Shown here piece after piece: positions 1 to 10,664 of a stretch of DNA of 64,000 nt (position 1 is its first letter; each line of letters opens with the position of its first letter). The DNA is taken from assembly GCA_028280165.1 (NCBI GenBank), contig JANQMI010000214.1, positions 132 through 64,131 on the forward strand. The letters run 5' to 3'. This DNA is from Oceanicaulis sp. (GTDB lineage Bacteria; Pseudomonadota; Alphaproteobacteria; Caulobacterales; Maricaulaceae). The notes below the pieces were generated by a model. It worked only from the letters and a program-made list of their open reading frames with translations, was not told the origin of the DNA and ran no database searches. Made by a program: the position numbers and the translations under genes.

Positions 1-511
1 CGCGGCCATAGCCCTCTTGCCACGCGGTGACTTCAGCGCCCATGGCCGCAGGGGTCCAGTCGAGCTTTGCCCGAAGGTCTGGATCACAATACCAGGCGGC
101 TTTGTCGGCGAGGAAAGGCACGGCGGACAGCATTTCGACCCCACCAGCCAAGACCAGGTGATCGCGCTGTGCGCCGGCCCAAGCGGCACCCAGATTCACC
201 GCCGTCAGCCCGCCGGCGCAGTAATTGTTGAGCGTGGTCGCCGCGCAGGATTCGGGCAAGTCTGAGACAAGTTTCGACAACAGGGCGAGATGGCCCCCTT
301 GGGCACCGACCTGGCCGACACAGGCCAGAAAGAGCTGTCCGACAGCAGGCGAAATCGCGGTTGGGTTACGCGCATCCAACGCATCGATGAGTTGGCGCAC
401 GAGGTCTTGGGGACGCAAGTGGGCCAACCCACCTGCCGGTTTATCCTTCGAAGCTGCAATGCCTCGGCCCCGCGGGGTTCGCACCGCGTCAAAGATGAAT
501 ACCGGTTCCAT
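1..511 (-). CDS. Thiolase (acetyl-CoA C-acyltransferase) family protein, N-terminal part, truncated by the window edge
   Basis: Manual translation from ATG at 511 gives MEPVFIFDAVRTPRGRG...TTLNNYCAGGLTAV...VLAGGVEMLS: thiolase N-terminal RTP motif, active-site Cys region and AGGVE motif. Absent from the ORF track because it has no stop in the window. Confidence 0.85.
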   Translation of the reverse strand, partial: MEPVFIFDAVRTPRGRGIAASKDKPAGGLAHLRPQDLVRQLIDALDARNPTAISPAVGQLFLACVGQVGAQGGHLALLSKLVSDLPESCAATTLNNYCAGGLTAVNLGAAWAGAQRDHLVLAGGVEMLSAVPFLADKAAWYCDPDLRAKLDWTPAAMGAEVTAWQEGYGR

Positions 512-621
512 ATGTTTTCAATCATTATGCCTTTGCGTCCATCAAAGCGCACCACAGCGGCTCCGCAAAGTCTCGAATGCGACAGCTGTTCCGCAAAAGC
601 TTGATCCCTTCCGCCAGGGTC

Positions 622-636
622 TGACACGAGGTGTCA
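622..636. promoter_or_regulatory. Perfect palindrome TGACAC-N3-GTGTCA, candidate operator upstream of the thiolase
   Basis: tgacac gag gtgtca, about 110 bp upstream of the thiolase ATG; single occurrence noticed. Confidence 0.35.
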
Positions 637-721
637 CTCAGAAGTGGTGGGCCAGATGCCCGGCCGATACCCTGAACGCGCTGGGCGGAGGATTTGCTGC
701 CGGCATGCGGGTTCGAGATCA

Positions 722-780
722 AGCAAAACGCAACGGGTTGCCCCTGCGTTCAAACCCAGGAGCAACCCGTCTCGTTTGCT
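722..780 (-). terminator. Long hairpin downstream of the alginate-export-family gene, probable terminator
   Basis: acgggttgc (733-741) pairs with gcaacccgt (762-770), extended by agcaaa/tttgct. Lies 37 nt after the 817 stop; the minus-strand 3' arm is T-rich. Confidence 0.5.
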
Positions 781-816
781 GGCCGCCGGCGGGGATAATC
801 GCCTGCAGCCGGAGGA

Positions 817-2202
817 TTAGTATCTATAGGTCAGGCCCAGGATGGCGTTGCCACTGGATACGTCGCGCGCAGTTCCAGTGAACACATCACCAGGCTCGAA
901 ATGCCCCGCATAGGCAAAGGCGGCGAGGTGGTTGGTCAAGGCCAGGCGTGCATTGATGCCAACATCCAGACCGACAAAATCACCATCGCCGGTGTTTGCT
1001 GGCAGGAGCGGGGTATTGAACAAGGTGTAAAGCGCATCCTCACTTTCCACCCGCCAATAGGCGTGGACATAGGGTGTGACCCGCAGGCGCTCGGCGGCCT
1101 GGAGCGGAACTGACGCTTTCACCCAGGCCAGATTGCCCGGACCCAAGGGCTGTGTGACGTCTTCATAGACCAGGCCAGAGGCTTGCGGGGCTAAGAAGGT
1201 ATCGATGCGCTCGTCGGTCGGATTGCTATCACCGGTGGTGTAAAGGCCCTCCAGCGTTGGCGTCGGGCGGCCGGGTAAATCGTTGAAGGCACGGGCCACA
1301 CGGCCACCGATCTGGAAGCCTCGAATGTCCTCGTCGGTGGCTTCCACCGACCCGAACTGGATGGTCGCTTCGACATCCCAGCTCCAATGCTCGCCCGCCG
1401 TGCCAGAGGCGCGTGCGCCAGCAAAATGACGCACCACGTCTGACCGGCCTAGGATTTGGTCGCGATCCCAGCGCACGCCGTATAGATCGACGGCCACACC
1501 GCCCAGCGTGCCGCTGGAATAGATGCCGCTCAGGCTGACGCTATCGTCCGTGCCATTGTCGAAGATGTCATTGCCATCCTCAACGCCGTAAAATCCAAAA
1601 GCATCGGTGACCCAGGTGCCATGACGATAGCGCACCAGCGCCCCATCATAGTCGTCGCGCATGATCCGTCCGGCTCGAATGGCCAGCAGGCGGCCAGCTC
1701 CATAGTGCAGCTCCTGGCGGCCCAGACGGATCAACACATCATCGCGTGACTGTCCCAGCATATCGCCGAGCGCAAACTCGGCGAAGCCCTGGTGCAGATC
1801 CAGCGGATCATCAATCGCCGCCGGGGTTGAGGCTTCACGCCCGGCCACACTGGCGTGCTTGATCGCGCCAAACAGGCGCACGCGGTTGTTGAAGGTCACC
1901 GAGGCCCAGGGTGTCAGGCGCAGGAAGACTGATTCATCACTACCGGGAATGGCCCCGAAGGCCTCGTTGTCGAAATGCTCGACATGCAAGCGTGCATCCA
2001 GGCCGATTGAGCTCGAGATGGCTCCGTGGTTCCAGCTTTGATGCTTATAGGCGGGTGCGGAGGTGCCTGCGGCACTCCAGTCTTCGTCTTGCGGGAGCAA
2101 AGCCCTCACATGCGGGGCTTGAACCGTGCCAGGTGCGCGCGGGCGGACATCGGTGTCCGGCTCCGTCGCGCCGAGCGCGGCGAGGAGGACGGCGGTCATC
2201 AT
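817..2202 (-). CDS. Alginate export (AlgE-like) family outer-membrane beta-barrel protein
   Basis: LDLHQGFAE...IRLGRQELHYGAGRLL...DDYDG pattern, amphipathic strands, C-terminal YRY; RBS aaggag upstream. Confidence 0.8.
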   Translation of the reverse strand: MMTAVLLAALGATEPDTDVRPRAPGTVQAPHVRALLPQDEDWSAAGTSAPAYKHQSWNHGAISSSIGLDARLHVEHFDNEAFGAIPGSDESVFLRLTPWASVTFNNRVRLFGAIKHASVAGREASTPAAIDDPLDLHQGFAEFALGDMLGQSRDDVLIRLGRQELHYGAGRLLAIRAGRIMRDDYDGALVRYRHGTWVTDAFGFYGVEDGNDIFDNGTDDSVSLSGIYSSGTLGGVAVDLYGVRWDRDQILGRSDVVRHFAGARASGTAGEHWSWDVEATIQFGSVEATDEDIRGFQIGGRVARAFNDLPGRPTPTLEGLYTTGDSNPTDERIDTFLAPQASGLVYEDVTQPLGPGNLAWVKASVPLQAAERLRVTPYVHAYWRVESEDALYTLFNTPLLPANTGDGDFVGLDVGINARLALTNHLAAFAYAGHFEPGDVFTGTARDVSSGNAILGLTYRY

Positions 2203-2294
2203 GGTCCAGCTCCTTGTTGAGTGTTCTGGGGGGAGGGGGTACGGGGCCCAGTGATCACACCGGGCCCCGCGCCGTGGGACGCTCGCGCCGGGCC

Positions 2295-3029
2295 TTAGTT
2301 GGTGGCCTGGGAATGCGCCATGTAGCTTTCGATCACCGAGCCGTATTCCGGCGTGACGAGCGAGTAGGCTTCAGCCATCAGCGGCGTATTGGCTTCATCC
2401 CAGGTATCGTGGACCTGGCTGAGGACCGAGAAGGTGCTTTCCACAACCACACCGGCCTGCTGCAAGCGGGCAATCGTGGTCTGGCTGGCCAGATCGGAAT
2501 AGTCACCTGACGCGTCGATCACGGCGATCACGTGATAGCCCTCTTGCGCCATTTCGATGGCCGGGAAAGCCACGCAAACGCTGGTCAGGATGCCAGAGAT
2601 CACAATGGTATTGCGACCGGTGGCTTCAACAGCCTCGCGGATCCGCACATCATCCCAGGCATTGATTGGGCCAGCGCGGTCAATCACGATCGCGGACGGC
2701 GCGTTCTCGGTGACTTCGCGGATCAGCGGACCGTTCGGGCCACCGGGCACCGAAGTCGACGCAATGACCGGGATGTCGAAAAACTCAGCGACCATACCCT
2801 TGGCGGCGACGTTGCGGCGAAGCTGGGTCTGGTCGATATCGTTGACGATCTGCATCAGACCCGCCTGGTGGTCGAGCATCAGGAAGACCGCATCATCACG
2901 TTCCAGCAGGCGTTGGCCGTTTTCGGTCACCGGTACGGACTGCGCAAAGGCAGCCGTGGCGGTCACGGCTGCCGCTGCGACGGCCATAGAAACGCTGCGG
3001 AGAGGGGCGGAGAAGAACGAGTTCAGCAT
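2295..3029 (-). CDS. YcaC-like isochorismatase-family cysteine hydrolase with N-terminal signal peptide
   Basis: FLMLDHQAGL, GPNGPL, INAWDD, TGR...ISGILTSVCVAFPA (catalytic Cys), IDASG; Ala-rich leader ending AFA-Q. Confidence 0.85.
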   Translation of the reverse strand: MLNSFFSAPLRSVSMAVAAAAVTATAAFAQSVPVTENGQRLLERDDAVFLMLDHQAGLMQIVNDIDQTQLRRNVAAKGMVAEFFDIPVIASTSVPGGPNGPLIREVTENAPSAIVIDRAGPINAWDDVRIREAVEATGRNTIVISGILTSVCVAFPAIEMAQEGYHVIAVIDASGDYSDLASQTTIARLQQAGVVVESTFSVLSQVHDTWDEANTPLMAEAYSLVTPEYGSVIESYMAHSQATN

Positions 3030-3140
3030 GGAGCAATTCCTTCGTTGAGACAGCCGACATGGCCGTCGTGACGAAGAGGCATATGGGCGAGGCTGAGCGC
3101 GCGCTGTACCGCATTGAGGGGAAAGAGAAAGTTGCTAAAT

Positions 3141-3178
3141 TGGAATATATTGGGCCTATATATCCCTATTATATTCCA
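3141..3178. promoter_or_regulatory. AT-rich inverted repeat upstream of the YcaC-like gene, candidate regulator site
   Basis: tggaatata (3141-3149) / tatattcca (3170-3178), 20-nt spacer with inner ggg/ccc. Confidence 0.4.
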
Positions 3179-3245
3179 TAGATGACTTAATTGCCGTGTC
3201 CTTCACCTAGCGCGAGAAGCACCGTGATCAGCCTTCTCACACGCC

Positions 3246-4526
3246 CTAGCCCATGGGATCGTCGATCGATGTGGCGTGGGAGGTGAATAGGCGTGGGCCG
3301 TCTTCAGTCATATAGACGCAGTCTTCGGTCCGCACGCCAAAGCGTCCAGGAATGTAGATTCCCGGCTCGTTGGAGAAGCACATGCCCGGCGCGAGCGGTG
3401 TCTCATTGCCGCGCACGACAAACTGATCCTCATGCACGTCCATGCCGATACCATGACCGGTGCGGTGGGACAGGCCCGGCAGGTCGTAATCACCACCCCA
3501 GCCTTCACTGTCATAATAGCGGCGGACGGCATCATCGATTTGGCCAATCGGCGTGCCCAGCTGGGCCATCTCCATGACGATATCCTGGCCCCTGCGGGTG
3601 GTGTTCCAGACCCGGCGATGCTCATCGCTGGGTTCGCCAAACACCCAGGTGCGTGAAATGTCGGACTTATAGCCGTGGACATCACAGCCGCAGTCCATCA
3701 GCAGGATTTCACCCTCTGTGAGCCGGTAGACTTCCTTCGAGCCATGGGGATAGGCGCTGGCTTCGCCCACCAGCGCCAGCGTGAAGACCACGCGGCCACC
3801 GCGCGCACGGGTGGCGGCATTCATCAGCGCGGCCACGTCGTCACCCGTCATGCCGGCTTCAATTTGGGGATAGATATCGCGATAGGCGGCCATGGTGATG
3901 TCATTGGCCGCCTGCATGAGTTCCAGTTCGCGGGCACTCTTTATCTGACGCAGCGCGCGCACCACGGGGGTCGCTGACACGATATCGCGTCCAGGCGCAT
4001 CGGCGCGCAGGCCTTCAGCGACGAAGAAGCGGGCGGTGCGTTCAAGGCCGATGGGCCCGGCGACACCGCGATCATCCAAGACGCTGGCAATCTGTGCGTA
4101 GGGACTTTCATGCTCCTGCCACGTGCGGACCTCCATCTCCATGACCATCAATTCACGCAGCTTGCCCTCTTCGAAGGCGGGCGCAACGATCACCGGGTCA
4201 CCGTCGGCCGGGATGACCAGCGCGGTGACTCGGCTGGCCTGACGCCAGGCCAGGCCCGAGAAATAGAGCATGGAGGTGCCCGCTTCGATGACGATTCCAG
4301 CCAAACCCTGCTCGCCCATCAAGTCCTGAGCGCGGGCAATGCGCCCCTCGCGTTCCGCATTGGAAATGGGGGGCGGGAGCGCGTCAGGTGGTGTTTGGGT
4401 CAAAGCCTTGGCGGTCGCGGCTGCGGCCCCACCACTGGCACCCAGCGCGGGTAGGCCCAGCGCAGCAAACTTCAACAGGTCACGTCTGGAGGTCACAGGC
4501 TCTTCCTCAAGCGGGTCATAGGTCAC
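3246..4526 (-). CDS. Xaa-Pro peptidase family (M24B) protein, Tat-exported
   Basis: SRRDLLK Tat motif; metal ligands in MDCGC...SDISRT, HRTGHGIGMDVHE, NEPGIY, RTED. Confidence 0.9.
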   Translation of the reverse strand: MTYDPLEEEPVTSRRDLLKFAALGLPALGASGGAAAATAKALTQTPPDALPPPISNAEREGRIARAQDLMGEQGLAGIVIEAGTSMLYFSGLAWRQASRVTALVIPADGDPVIVAPAFEEGKLRELMVMEMEVRTWQEHESPYAQIASVLDDRGVAGPIGLERTARFFVAEGLRADAPGRDIVSATPVVRALRQIKSARELELMQAANDITMAAYRDIYPQIEAGMTGDDVAALMNAATRARGGRVVFTLALVGEASAYPHGSKEVYRLTEGEILLMDCGCDVHGYKSDISRTWVFGEPSDEHRRVWNTTRRGQDIVMEMAQLGTPIGQIDDAVRRYYDSEGWGGDYDLPGLSHRTGHGIGMDVHEDQFVVRGNETPLAPGMCFSNEPGIYIPGRFGVRTEDCVYMTEDGPRLFTSHATSIDDPMG

Positions 4527-5154
4527 AATACGTCGCGTGGGGCAGACTTGCCCAACGCCCCCGCTAAATCAATCGCGCCTCATCGTGGCGTCGCGTAACG
4601 GGCCAATGGCGCGGGTGTTGGCGCAGTGAGATTTTGCCCGGCAGGGTCGAGGTGATGCGCCTCGCAGGCTGACGCCCAGATCGGTGATCCAGAATAATTG
4701 CAGACATTTCGAAGGCTCAACCCGCGCTCAAGGGGCAGCTCCGGATCCTCGGAAAATCAACCTGGGGTAAAGCCAAGATCGCAAGATTTGAAGTATACTG
4801 TGAAGGTGTTGTCACATAGATCAACGATGCGTTGAATAGAGGCCTCACAAGATTAGAAGATTACCGCAGGATGAAATAAAAATAATACGTAAAAACTTAC
4901 ATTTAGGGTGCGGGCAACTCGCCTCGACGCGTCTTATTCTATGAACAGTTGATTGTTCTACGGCGGCCCATCGGGTCGCTCATAAAAGCTCTCGATTGTT
5001 CCCCTTATAAACTTATGGGCTATTACGGTGTTCACGCGCCAGGTCCAGGGTCGGCGTGGCGCAGCTCTTCGAGCGGCTACGCCGACCCGCCCTTTTCCTC
5101 AGGCAAACTGTCTTGTGCCGCATCCGCACTAAGCCGAAAGCTGGGCGTGCGGTT

Positions 5155-5188
5155 AAGGGGGCGTGTTTGAGCAGGGCCACGCCCCCTT
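5155..5188. terminator. Stem-loop directly downstream of the MCP gene
   Basis: aagggggcgtg / cacgccccctt 11-bp stem, 17 nt after the MCP stop; no strong U-tract on the minus strand. Confidence 0.5.
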
Positions 5189-5205
5189 TGCGCCTCGTGC
5201 AGGGC

Positions 5206-7377
5206 TCAGCTCGCTCGGACTTTCTGAGCGAACTGGTCCACCTCATTGCGCAGACCGTCGGCTTGGCGTGCGAGTTCACCGGCTGACGCCAAGACTTCGC
5301 TCGCCGACACATTGGCTTCATCGGCAGATGCGCTGACCTGCACAATATTATGGGAGACCTCTTGGGTCCCTTCGGCCGCCTGTTGGACGTTGCGGGCGAT
5401 TTCTTGCGCCGCAGCGGCTTGCTCTTCAACCGCGCTCGCGATGCTCGTGGCAATCTCGTTGAGGGTCTCGATCGTGCCGGACACGTCCGAGATGGCTCCG
5501 ACCGAGTTCTCCGTGGCGTCCTGAATTTCGGCAACCGTGGTGGCGATATCATTGGTCGCCTTGCTGGTCTGTTCGGCAAGGGCTTTGACCTCGCTGGCGA
5601 CCACCGCAAAGCCTTTGCCGGCTTCGCCTGCGCGGGCGGCTTCGATCGTGGCGTTCAGCGCCAAGAGATTGGTTTGTTCTGCAATGCCTTGAATAAGCAC
5701 GACAACGTCGCCGATCCGCTTGGCCGCGTCGGACAAGCGGCTGACTTTTTCCATCGCGTCCCGGGCTTCTTCGCTCGCGGCACCAGCCTTTGAAGAGGAA
5801 TCGCTGGCTTGGCGGCCAATCTCGCTGACAGAGGCGGAGATCTCATTGGCGGCAGACGCGACCGTGTGCACATTCGTCGAAGCTTGGTCGGACGCGGTTG
5901 CGACAGCGGTTGAGCGCGCACTGGTCTGCTCGGCGATGCCCGTCATGTTCTGTGCCGAGCCCTGGAGCTGGCGAGAGGCTGCTGAGACCGCTTCGACGAC
6001 GCCGCCAACGGCGGTCTCAAAGTCACCAACGAAGCGTTCGAGAGTGGCTTTGCGGTCGGCTTCGGCCTGCGCTTTCGTCGCTGCGTCGCGTTGCTCAAGC
6101 TCGGCTTTCTCAACGGCGTTTTGGTGGAAGACCCCGAGCGCGGACCCCAGCCGGCCAATTTCGTCTTTGCGCTCCGTTTGTTCCAGTGTGACGTCCAGCT
6201 TGCCGCTCGCAAGTTGCGTCATGGCGGAAATCATTTTGGTGAGGGGTTGCGCAATCGTTTGACGGACAATGAGAAGCAGACCAATCGCAACCGCAAGAAT
6301 CATGGCGGACAAGACGGACACGACGACCAAGGCGGTCTGAAGCTGAGCTTCGGCTTGGTTGTCCATCGCAAGCGCAATCGCATCGCCGCGATCGGCAATG
6401 ACATTAAGCTCGGCAATCAACTGGTCTGCCAAGTCATCCACCCGTTCAGCAGAGGCATAGGCAGCCTGCATGGCTGTGAGCATGTCGTTATGGGTGTCGA
6501 AGACCTGCTCAGGCTGTTGGACAAAGGAGACCCATTCGCCAAATGACGCGCGAAGGCTGGTGACCTCTTCAAGGTCTGTTTCGGTTTCCGCAAGCGTCTC
6601 CATGAGGTCGAAATGCGGCGCGGCACCCGCCACCAAATCGGTGAATTCTCGACGCACGGGCTCCAGCTGTTGGACGTTTTCGATCGTCAAATAGCGTGTC
6701 GCCACCGATTCCAGTTGTTCAACAATGAGCTGGAGGTCTTTGGACGCTTCGACTGCCGGATAGTCGACTTCAAAAATCTCTCCGACAAGCGCGTTGATAC
6801 GCTGGGCAGATGCCCCGATAGCCGCCAGCCGGTCCGCTTCATCTTCGGCAATCTGCATCTCGGTTTCGTTGCGCTGTGCGAACGCTTGCAGTCGCGCGGT
6901 GAACTCGTCGCCTGCAGCATCGAACTGATCCATCTGGGTTTGAGCGACCCCTTCTTCAGACAGCTCGAGCCGGTGTTGATCGACCATGTCTGCCACAGCA
7001 GCGCTATAGGCTTGCCAGGTCTGATCGGCCCGATCCAATTGGGCTTGGATGTCGCGCTCCGTAACCAGCTCATCTAAAGACCGATAGCTGTCGTGGAAGC
7101 GCTCGGACGCCCGGTCAAATTCGCCGGTGCGAAAGTCAACATTCTCGACGGCATCGTCGGCGATGATCTCGACCGCGACTTTGTGGGATTCGGCGACCGC
7201 GTAGATCACATCATCGGTCGTCTCGACCAAGGGGCCCGCATATTCGGTGATCCGCTCCACTCCGGCTTCGATCCGCATCAACATCACGGCCCCTAAGAGG
7301 CCGGAGGCAAACCCAAGCGCAGACAGCGTTAAAATCCCGGCGAAAAGCTTTGTCGAAATCGGCAGATTGTTGAGCAT
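5206..7377 (-). CDS. Methyl-accepting chemotaxis protein (large periplasmic sensor, HAMP, signalling domain)
   Basis: Two TM helices; HAMP (QPLTKM...ERKDEIGRL); [37 protein letters not shown]. Start re-chosen at MLNNLP (7377). Confidence 0.92.
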   Translation of the reverse strand: MLNNLPISTKLFAGILTLSALGFASGLLGAVMLMRIEAGVERITEYAGPLVETTDDVIYAVAESHKVAVEIIADDAVENVDFRTGEFDRASERFHDSYRSLDELVTERDIQAQLDRADQTWQAYSAAVADMVDQHRLELSEEGVAQTQMDQFDAAGDEFTARLQAFAQRNETEMQIAEDEADRLAAIGASAQRINALVGEIFEVDYPAVEASKDLQLIVEQLESVATRYLTIENVQQLEPVRREFTDLVAGAAPHFDLMETLAETETDLEEVTSLRASFGEWVSFVQQPEQVFDTHNDMLTAMQAAYASAERVDDLADQLIAELNVIADRGDAIALAMDNQAEAQLQTALVVVSVLSAMILAVAIGLLLIVRQTIAQPLTKMISAMTQLASGKLDVTLEQTERKDEIGRLGSALGVFHQNAVEKAELEQRDAATKAQAEADRKATLERFVGDFETAVGGVVEAVSAASRQLQGSAQNMTGIAEQTSARSTAVATASDQASTNVHTVASAANEISASVSEIGRQASDSSSKAGAASEEARDAMEKVSRLSDAAKRIGDVVVLIQGIAEQTNLLALNATIEAARAGEAGKGFAVVASEVKALAEQTSKATNDIATTVAEIQDATENSVGAISDVSGTIETLNEIATSIASAVEEQAAAAQEIARNVQQAAEGTQEVSHNIVQVSASADEANVSASEVLASAGELARQADGLRNEVDQFAQKVRAS

Positions 7378-7781
7378 TTTGAAGCCTGTGTACCAACCAA
7401 CGTGAGTGTTCGAGCCCACAGGCATTTCGCCAACACTCTTAATGTTTGGTTTCTCAAAATGCCGATTTCAATCATAAATTCAGTGAGTTGATTCAAAATC
7501 AAACCGGGCGTGAAAATTGACTATTCATGCGAGATTTCGCCTCTATTTAGGCGCGCAGTAAAAACCCCTATTTAATTATGATATTTAAATTATTACCATA
7601 AAATTATTACGACTATAGTGGTTCAAATTGGCTCTGTTCTAGCACTTGATGGGGCGTAGCCGCGATCGTGCTCCTATATCGCGAGCCGACACCAGTTCGC
7701 GAGACAGCAGTAGAGCGGCCCAGGGTGCCAGTCAGGATGGCGACCCTGTGCCGAACGCAGATGAGGCAGAGCCCGCCGCTC

Positions 7782-9500
7782 TTATTCCCCCGCCATCGAA
7801 GCATCGCGCACGGCGCGGAATTCGTTGCCCTCATACCAGGTTGGCCACGTATCGGAGTTGGCCACCTCAGCGGCGACGTCAAACATCAGCGCGGTGGATT
7901 GAACAAAGCCGCGCATATCCCAGTCTGGGTTAAACTCGTCAGACGGCTTGTGATAGCGGTCCAGGCGATAGCCCTGCTCAATCTGCGCGCCGTATTCAGC
8001 CCCCAGCTCGGCATGGATCGAGCCGGAATCGGCATACAGCATCGGAACGCCCCGGCGTGCCAGCGTCACATGGTCGGATCGATAATAATACCCAGCCTCC
8101 GGATTGGGGTCTGGGGTCAGATACATGCCGCGCGCTCCGGCCTGACTGCGCAGAACATCCTCGAGCTGTGATGAACCATACCCGATGACGACGATATCTT
8201 CGGTCGGGCCGATCGGCAGCATGCCGTCGAAGTTGAAACCGGCGACCGTTTGGGTCAGAGGGATTAGCGGGTCCTGAGCATAGTATTCACTGCCGAGCAG
8301 GCCCTGTTCTTCAGCGGTCACGGCCACGAAGATCAAAGAGCGTTCCGGCGGCGTATCGGTATTGGCGAAGGCTTCGGCGATCTCCAAGATGGCCGCGGTT
8401 CCGGTCGCATTATCTACGGCACCGTTATAGATCTGGTCGTCACCGGCAAAGTTCAGACGCTCGCCGATATGGTCCCAGTGGGCCATGAAGAGCACGTATT
8501 CGTCCGGATGTTCAGAGCCGCGGATTTGACCGGCCACATTGTCCGAGCTTAGTTCACGCAACGCATTGTTGAGCGTGGCCGACAGCTCAGCTCCGGCCAT
8601 CTCGACGGGCGTGAACTCACCCGAGGCGGCCCGAGCCGCTTCAGCGCTAAAGTCGAGACCTGCGGCCTCAAACAAGGCCACCGCCGTGTCCTCCGTGATC
8701 CAGGACTGCACGTCGACGAAGTCATTATTGGCTCCGGCGGCCAAGATGAATTGCGGGCCAGACCAGCTGGCGCGCACGGTCCCCCAAGGATAGCTGGCGG
8801 GCTCGGTCTGATGGACGATGATTGCGCCTTCCGCGCCTTGCCGGGCGGCTTCTTCAAACTTGTAGGTCCAGCGCCCATAATAGGTCATCGCTTCGCCGTT
8901 GAAGGCGTCGCCGCGATTGATAAAGCTGGGGTCATTGATCAGCATCACAACGGTTTTGCCCTCAACATCAATGCCCTGATAGTCATCCCAGCCATATTCG
9001 GGGGCCACCGTGCCATAGCCGACCCAGACGAGGTCAGAGGCTTGAAGGCTAACCGCCTCCATTGGATTCTGGCTCCAATAGGTCACGTCCTCCAAGGCGG
9101 TCAGGCCCATGGGTGCGCCATTGATGGTGATGTCGAAGCTGGAGCTGTCTTCCTGCAACGTGCTTTCAATCAAGGCGACAGGTTGGAACCAGCTCCCATC
9201 GACACCGGCGGGCTCTAAGCCCGCAGCTTCCATCTCAGTGGCGATCCACTGAGCGGCGGGCTCGCCTTTCTCGCTTGCAGGGCCCCGACCACCAAATCGA
9301 TCGTCGGACAGGGTCGATATCCGATAGACGAAATCCGCTTCGCTGATTGCGGCTTCAGTGGCTTGGTGGATGGGCCATTCTGCCTCCGCCGATGGGGGCG
9401 CTGCAGGGGGGCTTGATTCTGCCTCGATCGCGGGTTCGTTGGCGGGTCCGCAGGCCGAAAGCCCGAGTGCAATCGCGGAAAATGTTATAAAATAACGCAT
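7782..9500 (-). CDS. M28 family metallopeptidase lipoprotein with PA domain
   Basis: Lipobox LGLSAC; AHWDH, NGAVDNATG, TAEEQGLLGS, NFDG, YYRSDH, YHKPSD. Confidence 0.9.
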   Translation of the reverse strand: MRYFITFSAIALGLSACGPANEPAIEAESSPPAAPPSAEAEWPIHQATEAAISEADFVYRISTLSDDRFGGRGPASEKGEPAAQWIATEMEAAGLEPAGVDGSWFQPVALIESTLQEDSSSFDITINGAPMGLTALEDVTYWSQNPMEAVSLQASDLVWVGYGTVAPEYGWDDYQGIDVEGKTVVMLINDPSFINRGDAFNGEAMTYYGRWTYKFEEAARQGAEGAIIVHQTEPASYPWGTVRASWSGPQFILAAGANNDFVDVQSWITEDTAVALFEAAGLDFSAEAARAASGEFTPVEMAGAELSATLNNALRELSSDNVAGQIRGSEHPDEYVLFMAHWDHIGERLNFAGDDQIYNGAVDNATGTAAILEIAEAFANTDTPPERSLIFVAVTAEEQGLLGSEYYAQDPLIPLTQTVAGFNFDGMLPIGPTEDIVVIGYGSSQLEDVLRSQAGARGMYLTPDPNPEAGYYYRSDHVTLARRGVPMLYADSGSIHAELGAEYGAQIEQGYRLDRYHKPSDEFNPDWDMRGFVQSTALMFDVAAEVANSDTWPTWYEGNEFRAVRDASMAGE

Positions 9501-9590
9501 GATATCAAGCCCCTAGATAGAACGCCGCCATCGTGCATGACGATGGCGGCGAGGCAAGCTCTAGCGGCTTGATGCGGTGTGCGGCGAGGG

Positions 9591-10664
9591 TTAGGGGCGC
9601 GCAGGTAGGGCGTTGAGCCATGTCTCCATGGTCTCGTAATATCCCTCGCAGACTGGCGTTCCAGGCTCAATCTCCTCATTCGTCCCGCCGGTCACGGCCT
9701 GTTGCATGACGTGATTGCAGTCATCCAGATAGACGGTGGTGAGCGCCATGCCGCCATTTTCGGCCGCTCTAGAATACAGCGCGCTGGTGGCTTGCCAGTC
9801 GACGAGGGTGTCCAGGCGACCGAGGATCGCCAGCACCGGGATGGATAGGTCTGTGAGCGCTTGCTCCATATTTGGATACAGGATTGGCAGGTTGGTTTCT
9901 TCGTCGATCGCCATCCCGCTGGATTGGTAATAGCCTTGAATATTGGCCAAAATCTCTTCGGTCATGACGAAATTATTGGAATTGAAATAGGGGTCGCTCA
10001 TCAGATTCGATGTGGTCGCGAGGAATTCCTCAAACGTACCGCCCCGCACCAGAATGCGCTGATAGTCATCCCATTCGGACATCAGCATGGCGACCTCTTC
10101 GTCGCTTCTGCCTTCCACCTTGAGATTGGCTTGCGTACGATAGCGCTCATCGGCCAGTACACTTGTACCGCTCACCGAAATCCAGAACTTCACATCGTCG
10201 GACAGCTCGGTGATATTCGGCACGATCCAGCCGGCGCGGCTGATGCCCCACATGCCCAGGTTTTCAGAGTTGGGCAAACCCAGGGCTTTGATCGATGCAA
10301 GCGCGGCGACTGCTTCTTCGGCGCTGCTTTCAATACTCTGATTGTGATCATACTCGCCTTCGCTCAGGCCGGTGCCCGCCTTGTCCCAATAGGCCACGGC
10401 GTAATCCTGTTCGACAAAGAATTCGCGCTCGCCAATCCAGTCCTCGCCTTCAACGAAATCGGTGGGACCATGCCCAGGAATGATGACGATAAGGCCCTTG
10501 GGCTGGGCGTCGGGCACCATGACCTCACCAACATAAGTCAGATCCTGGTAAGAAAACTCAAACTGGCGCTCCTCGTAAGACGCGTCCGAGGAAGTGGCCA
10601 CCGCTGCTATGGTGAAGACGGACGCTGAGAGCGCGCCAAGGATGAGTAGGCTGGATTTTATCAC
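9591..10664 (-). CDS. Secreted alpha/beta hydrolase
   Basis: Signal peptide; IPGHGP, WDKAGTGLS, nucleophile elbow WGISRAG, late Asp and His (DTLVD, CNH); GTG start with RBS caggag. Confidence 0.8.
   Translation of the reverse strand: MIKSSLLILGALSASVFTIAAVATSSDASYEERQFEFSYQDLTYVGEVMVPDAQPKGLIVIIPGHGPTDFVEGEDWIGEREFFVEQDYAVAYWDKAGTGLSEGEYDHNQSIESSAEEAVAALASIKALGLPNSENLGMWGISRAGWIVPNITELSDDVKFWISVSGTSVLADERYRTQANLKVEGRSDEEVAMLMSEWDDYQRILVRGGTFEEFLATTSNLMSDPYFNSNNFVMTEEILANIQGYYQSSGMAIDEETNLPILYPNMEQALTDLSIPVLAILGRLDTLVDWQATSALYSRAAENGGMALTTVYLDDCNHVMQQAVTGGTNEEIEPGTPVCEGYYETMETWLNALPARP

Noticed and set aside
707-720. tRNA T-loop-like GGTTCGAG
   Set aside because: No T-stem pairing and no cloverleaf.
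4949-5170. Short ORFs in the peptidase-MCP gap
   Set aside because: No RBS, atypical composition and no recognisable motif.
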